DNA from: Amphiscolops sp. MND2022
Lineage: Eukaryota
NCBI GenBank assembly: GCA_964187785.1
Contig: OZ076409.1
Location: forward strand, 52,950,001 to 53,014,000
Direction: 5' to 3'
DNA: 64,000 bases
Shown: in pieces, positions 59,890-64,000 of the stretch
Numbering within the stretch: the first letter of the stretch is position 1
Layout of the letters: each line of letters begins with the position of its first letter
Notes under the pieces: model-generated
Database searches by the model: none
What the model was told of the DNA's origin: nothing
Seen by the model: only the letters and a program-made list of their open reading frames with translations
Translations under genes and position numbers: made by a program

Positions 59890-60491
59890 AACAAGACGAG
59901 AACGTCTAAAGTCGGCGCTATATCTAAGGCTCAAAATCGCCAAGTTTTGAAATATGCCCAGGAGGTATTTATGAAAAGCTCAGAAAACAGTTTTGTGACA
60001 CCCAAAGGGTGCCTTTCAAGCTCGATAAGACTCGACAACGACTTTTTTCCAAAGTGGGAACAAAAAAACATTTTTTGAGAAAAAACTTCGGATTTTTTTT
60101 CTTTCGGAAAAGGTCGCATAGTGCCAAAAAATGTGGAAGAGGGGACCTTTTGGGATTTATTAACATACATTCAATAGCAAAATATCAAAAAAAAACTCGA
60201 AGGGGGGACCCTTTTAAGACATTTAAAAAATTTTCGGAATAAATTCGCACAGTGAGGACAAAAATCAAAAGGGAGCCTTTTGTCTCGTACGGTTTTGCAG
60301 GTTATCTTAAAAAGTAAAAAATGAAACGGGACTCTTTGCACTAAGTTTGCATTGGCCGGACTTGGCCCTAGGCCTTAGTGGTTTCAGGAGTTTCTCTAAA
60401 AAGTGGACCGATCAGTGTGAGGTTTGTAAGAAAAAAGGTCACTGTAAGAGTCGGGCATCTTTCCTTTAAATGGAAAAGCGCAGACTAAAAA
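59890..60491 (-). mobile_element. HINE
   Basis: aacaagacgagaacgtctaaagtcggcgc ... gtcgggc..aaaagcgcagactaaaaa. Confidence 0.8.
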
Positions 60492-61247
60492 GTGAGCACA
60501 AGGTATCACTCCGCTGATCAAAGAAGAAAAATGATACCGGGTGGGCCGAAAATGAAGCTGAATGCAGATAGTTTCCTTTTGGAGTATCGGGTCAGAAACA
60601 CACTAGGGAAGATTAATTGGCACTAACAAGATATCAACAGAACAACAAATCATTTCAACATACATGACGTCTATACCCAAAAAAAGCTACCGGATAAACT
60701 GATGGAAAAACATCGAAAACTAATGAAACAACCAAAGAAGAAAAAAATCACAATAGACGGGAAGCACTACTTTCAGCAAAAAAAAGATGGACAATGAAGG
60801 AAAAGCTGATGCCAAAACAATCGAAATGAGTACCCTTTAGTGTCGTCTGGTTTTGTATGTTATTCTAAAAAAAGGAGCCACTAATATAGTTCAATTCTCT
60901 TGGACAAATGGTACAATTTGGAACCCTGGAAAAATTGTAAAACTTGTAGAACTTTTTTGATCGGGTGGATTAAAAATGAAGAGCCACTATTGAAGTCGCG
61001 TTACACTTTATGATGCGCCGACTAAAAACAGGAAACCTAGAGCTAAAAAGTAACAACCTAGATTAAGAATAATCTGTATTTACAGTAGTAATAACCAAAA
61101 AGAAAGACAAGTCAGTGGAGAAAGCACATCGTTTGCTGAATTAAAAACGAGTTGTTTTAAGATGACACCACATGCACTTAACACGGAGGAGCTACTATAC
61201 CAAGTCTCGTTAGAAAAAGCCCACGATTTTTGTTGGACTAAGGTTGA

Positions 61248-63206
61248 TGCCGCAGGCTGCCGCCTGTGACGGTACTAAAATCACGACGACAGCAGGAGGG
61301 CAGGAAATAGCGACTGGTACCCTACCAATCTATTAGAGAGGTAAACATTCAAAACTCAAACTTTTATGTTATTCTGTTAGGTTTATAAGTTGAATGTGTT
61401 AATGTTGCTAATTTCGCATTTAATATATACTTTCGCCAGTATTAGTCTGTTAAGGCCAACAATCAAAAAGCTCAGATGATCCGATGATGTTTGTGAGATT
61501 CAGAAGTGCAATACAATAAGGTAATTGAAGCAATTAGAAACACGGCTAGATAGCATAAAGGAAATGAGTTCAAGTGAACGAAACTCCAATTCCGGGGACG
61601 TCACTTGAGCTCATCTCGCTAGCCAATCGCATTCATTCATTCCTGCAGTGCTATTGCTGTATTTATTAATTGGCCGATTAAGGCCGCATGACGGAACTCC
61701 GCTTTCATTACTCGGTGCTTTGGTCAAACGGCCGGTTCCGGCCGCAAAGCAATATTGGAAGATGTATAGCTAAATATCTTTGTACTTTGTTAATGATAGT
61801 ATAGTTGTGCTTTTATACTGGTTAAACGCTCTTTTTAGTAATTTGGCGCTTTGTTCTAATATTTGGCTGAATAAGGCCATTTGCCTGATCATTATCTCTT
61901 GTTGCTAGAGCCAACCGGAAAGTGGCCGGTTAAGGCTTCTTTTCAAATCAATTATTCGGATGCTATATCTAACCAATTCGCGTACTCTAAATGTCATGTA
62001 TGGTTGTGATTGCGATGTAAACACTCATGTAACTCCCTAAATTAATTAGTGCAATCAATATTAGACTATGTTGTTGCTACAAACACCGGTCTGGAAGACC
62101 TATCCGGCTATGCCCACCAGTTAACATGTACAATCTGTGGCCATATCAGATAAAGATTAACATATGCAATAACATGTAATACTGTTGCTTACTAGCCAAT
62201 TCTGTCTGTTAACGGGGCACGTGCCGACACAGGATTGTTAGCATTCCCCGAATATTAGCGGCTTGAGTAATTTATTTGATGTTATTTGATGCACTGCGTG
62301 CCTTTCAAATGTTTACTAGTGTTGTCGAAACAAAAATTTGAATGGCCGCGTGGTTTTCCTGATAACATTTCAGCGGCACTTTGATGTTCATATAGCTGTG
62401 TAAATCAGGTGCCTCCGGAATGTAGTCATCACATTTTTTAAGTATTTGTACTATGTATGTCACGCCCGAGGCAGTATATATAGGAGCTACTCCCTTGGGT
62501 AGACACAATTTTGTTCTGCTCCTTAAAATCAGTTTGTAAAATAACCTTCTGTTACAAACCTCCAAACAAGATACTATTTCCTGGTGTTAAATAATTTATT
62601 ATTTGACCAGGTTTATCTCAATGCCTACAACTAGAAAACAGAAGAAAGCGAGAAAGTCAAGAGGACTTGAAATGTTGTCAGATATCGAGAATTTAGATAT
62701 TATGTAAGGTGAGAATCACTTCAATGCAAGGGAGAGAGAAAGTAGTTTAAATAGCAATTTGCCCAGGAGATCCAGAAGCTTTGCGAGCAATGAATCCGAA
62801 AATGAAGATGGGGACATAGGTAGAAATCAGAGAAATGTTAACTCTAGAACAAATGCCGAATGTGACCGAAATTCAGTTACAGGCAACTCTAGTGCTGAGA
62901 TGAACAGGTTGTCAAGTGAATTAAATTCTCGTATTTCACGAGAAATGGACGAGATGATGAATTCTGGGAGTGTCCAGATACAAAGGGCCATAAGTGATGC
63001 GATAAGTACGCAGGTGCTTCCACAAATCCAAAATGTAATTATGGCCGGATTAAGACACGGGACCAGAAAGGGATGGGACGTTCCGTCTGAGAGACCGGAA
63101 CTAAATTCCGAAGTTCAGCGAAATCTAAACGCAAAGAACAACTTGAGAAATGAACAGGATGAGAACCAGTTAAACAATGATTACCCTGATCTGAATGTTC
63201 ATGACA
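61248..63206 (+). mobile_element. Solo LTR (copy 3), 1959 bp
   Basis: TGCCGCAGGCTG...CATGACA; perfect 5-bp TSD GTTGA; TATA-like tatatata at 62475. Confidence 0.9.
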
Positions 63207-63211
63207 GTTGA
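62621..63211 (+). pseudogene. LTR-embedded ORF (MPTTRKQKKARKSRGLEMLSDIENLDIM*..RLSSELNSRISREMDEMM..QVLPQIQNV..VHD); one premature stop at codon 29
   Basis: 195 codons in a single frame up to the LTR end; homologous to copies 1 and 2. Confidence 0.8.
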
Positions 63212-64000
63212 TAAAAAGGGGTGAAACTCACTTATCCGACTGATTGAATTGGAGAAGGAGGACATTAGCGTGAGAAAAATGTAGTGAATATTAGATTCGA
63301 AAAGTCCTCTCGATATAGCAACAAAACTTTGAGAATAGGTAGAACCAACACTTGAAAACTTTGCAGCGGCATAGAAAAATGATGTAATAGTGGTAACACG
63401 CCGAAGCACAGAATTGCACGAAAACGAAAGAATTCAACGTGATAGAAAAAAAAATCAGAGAAGGTCGGATGCCGAGCAACAGAAAGAAGATAAAAACTCT
63501 TCATGAACCGAACAAAGTGACTGAGATACGAAATACACGAAATGAACAAAAGTTGAAAGAAATCTAACGACAGACAAAATAAAAACGATCAAGAAACCAG
63601 AGCCCCCCGCGAATACGAATATTTGAAATCATCACTTGGAGCCGTGCACGACATGGCAAAAATGTTATCGAAACTCCCATAAACGACAACCTGACCCAGA
63701 AGGTTCTCGTCGAGACGAAGACTTGATTGGATGGACTTGGGAAGGCGAAAAGTGTTTTAAAGAGACAAAAACAAAGGGTAATAAAAACACCATGTCTAGT
63801 ACATCACGCAAGAGACAAAGATAGTATCCCTAGTAAAATGGGACTTAGTATCACACTTTTGCAGAGACAAGAAGACAATATTTAATTAATCGAGAGTGTA
63901 AATCGAACATTACGAGTAAACCGGTTTACAGTTCCCACAGAACCGAAGATGACATCAATTGAATTACATCACGGTAGTAAAACGATTTACCAAACATTGT

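Larger units (their letters stand above)
60495..64000 (+). pseudogene. Heavily decayed Mag-like Gypsy pol relic (RT/RNase H), interrupted by a HINE fragment ending ~61028 and by solo LTR copy 3
   Basis: VVITKKKDKSV; NTEELLYQVS; NDVIVVTR; LKSSLGAV..MAKM; PCLVHHARDKD..GLSITLLQ, paralleling 20210-21050. Confidence 0.7.

Overview
AT-rich, transposon-dense eukaryotic (animal-like) DNA; no prokaryotic operons, rRNA or CRISPR. The only clearly intact cellular gene is an intronless UCP2/UCP3-like mitochondrial carrier (30791-31780, +). Four GT-AG exons on the minus strand (58.5, 32.6, 25.9 and 1.4 kb; two of three junctions phase-compatible) suggest a coiled-coil host gene whose large introns hold nearly everything else. 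The most notable element is a young 15-kb Ty3/Gypsy retrotransposon (42515-57559, near-identical 711-bp LTRs). Its ~3100-aa polyprotein has an apparent pseudo-protease in front of the active protease and a long post-integrase tail with AT-hooks, a YxLR motif, a Cys cluster and two tandem divergent TARG1/DarG-like macrodomains. It also has a PBS displaced by 16 nt and only a 3-bp flanking duplication. Three independent 1.5-2 kb solo LTRs (TG..CA, perfect 5-bp TSDs) each contain a TATA box and a homologous ~190-codon MP(S/T)TR.. ORF that runs off the LTR end. The rest comprises three decayed Mag-like Gypsy copies (WxDD RT motif), a decayed LINE, many Helentron-type non-autonomous elements, Merlin-, Mutator/foldback- and CMC-like MITEs (often nested), tandem duplications and several spacerless palindromes up to 404 bp. 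All domain calls are by eye; no database searches were run.
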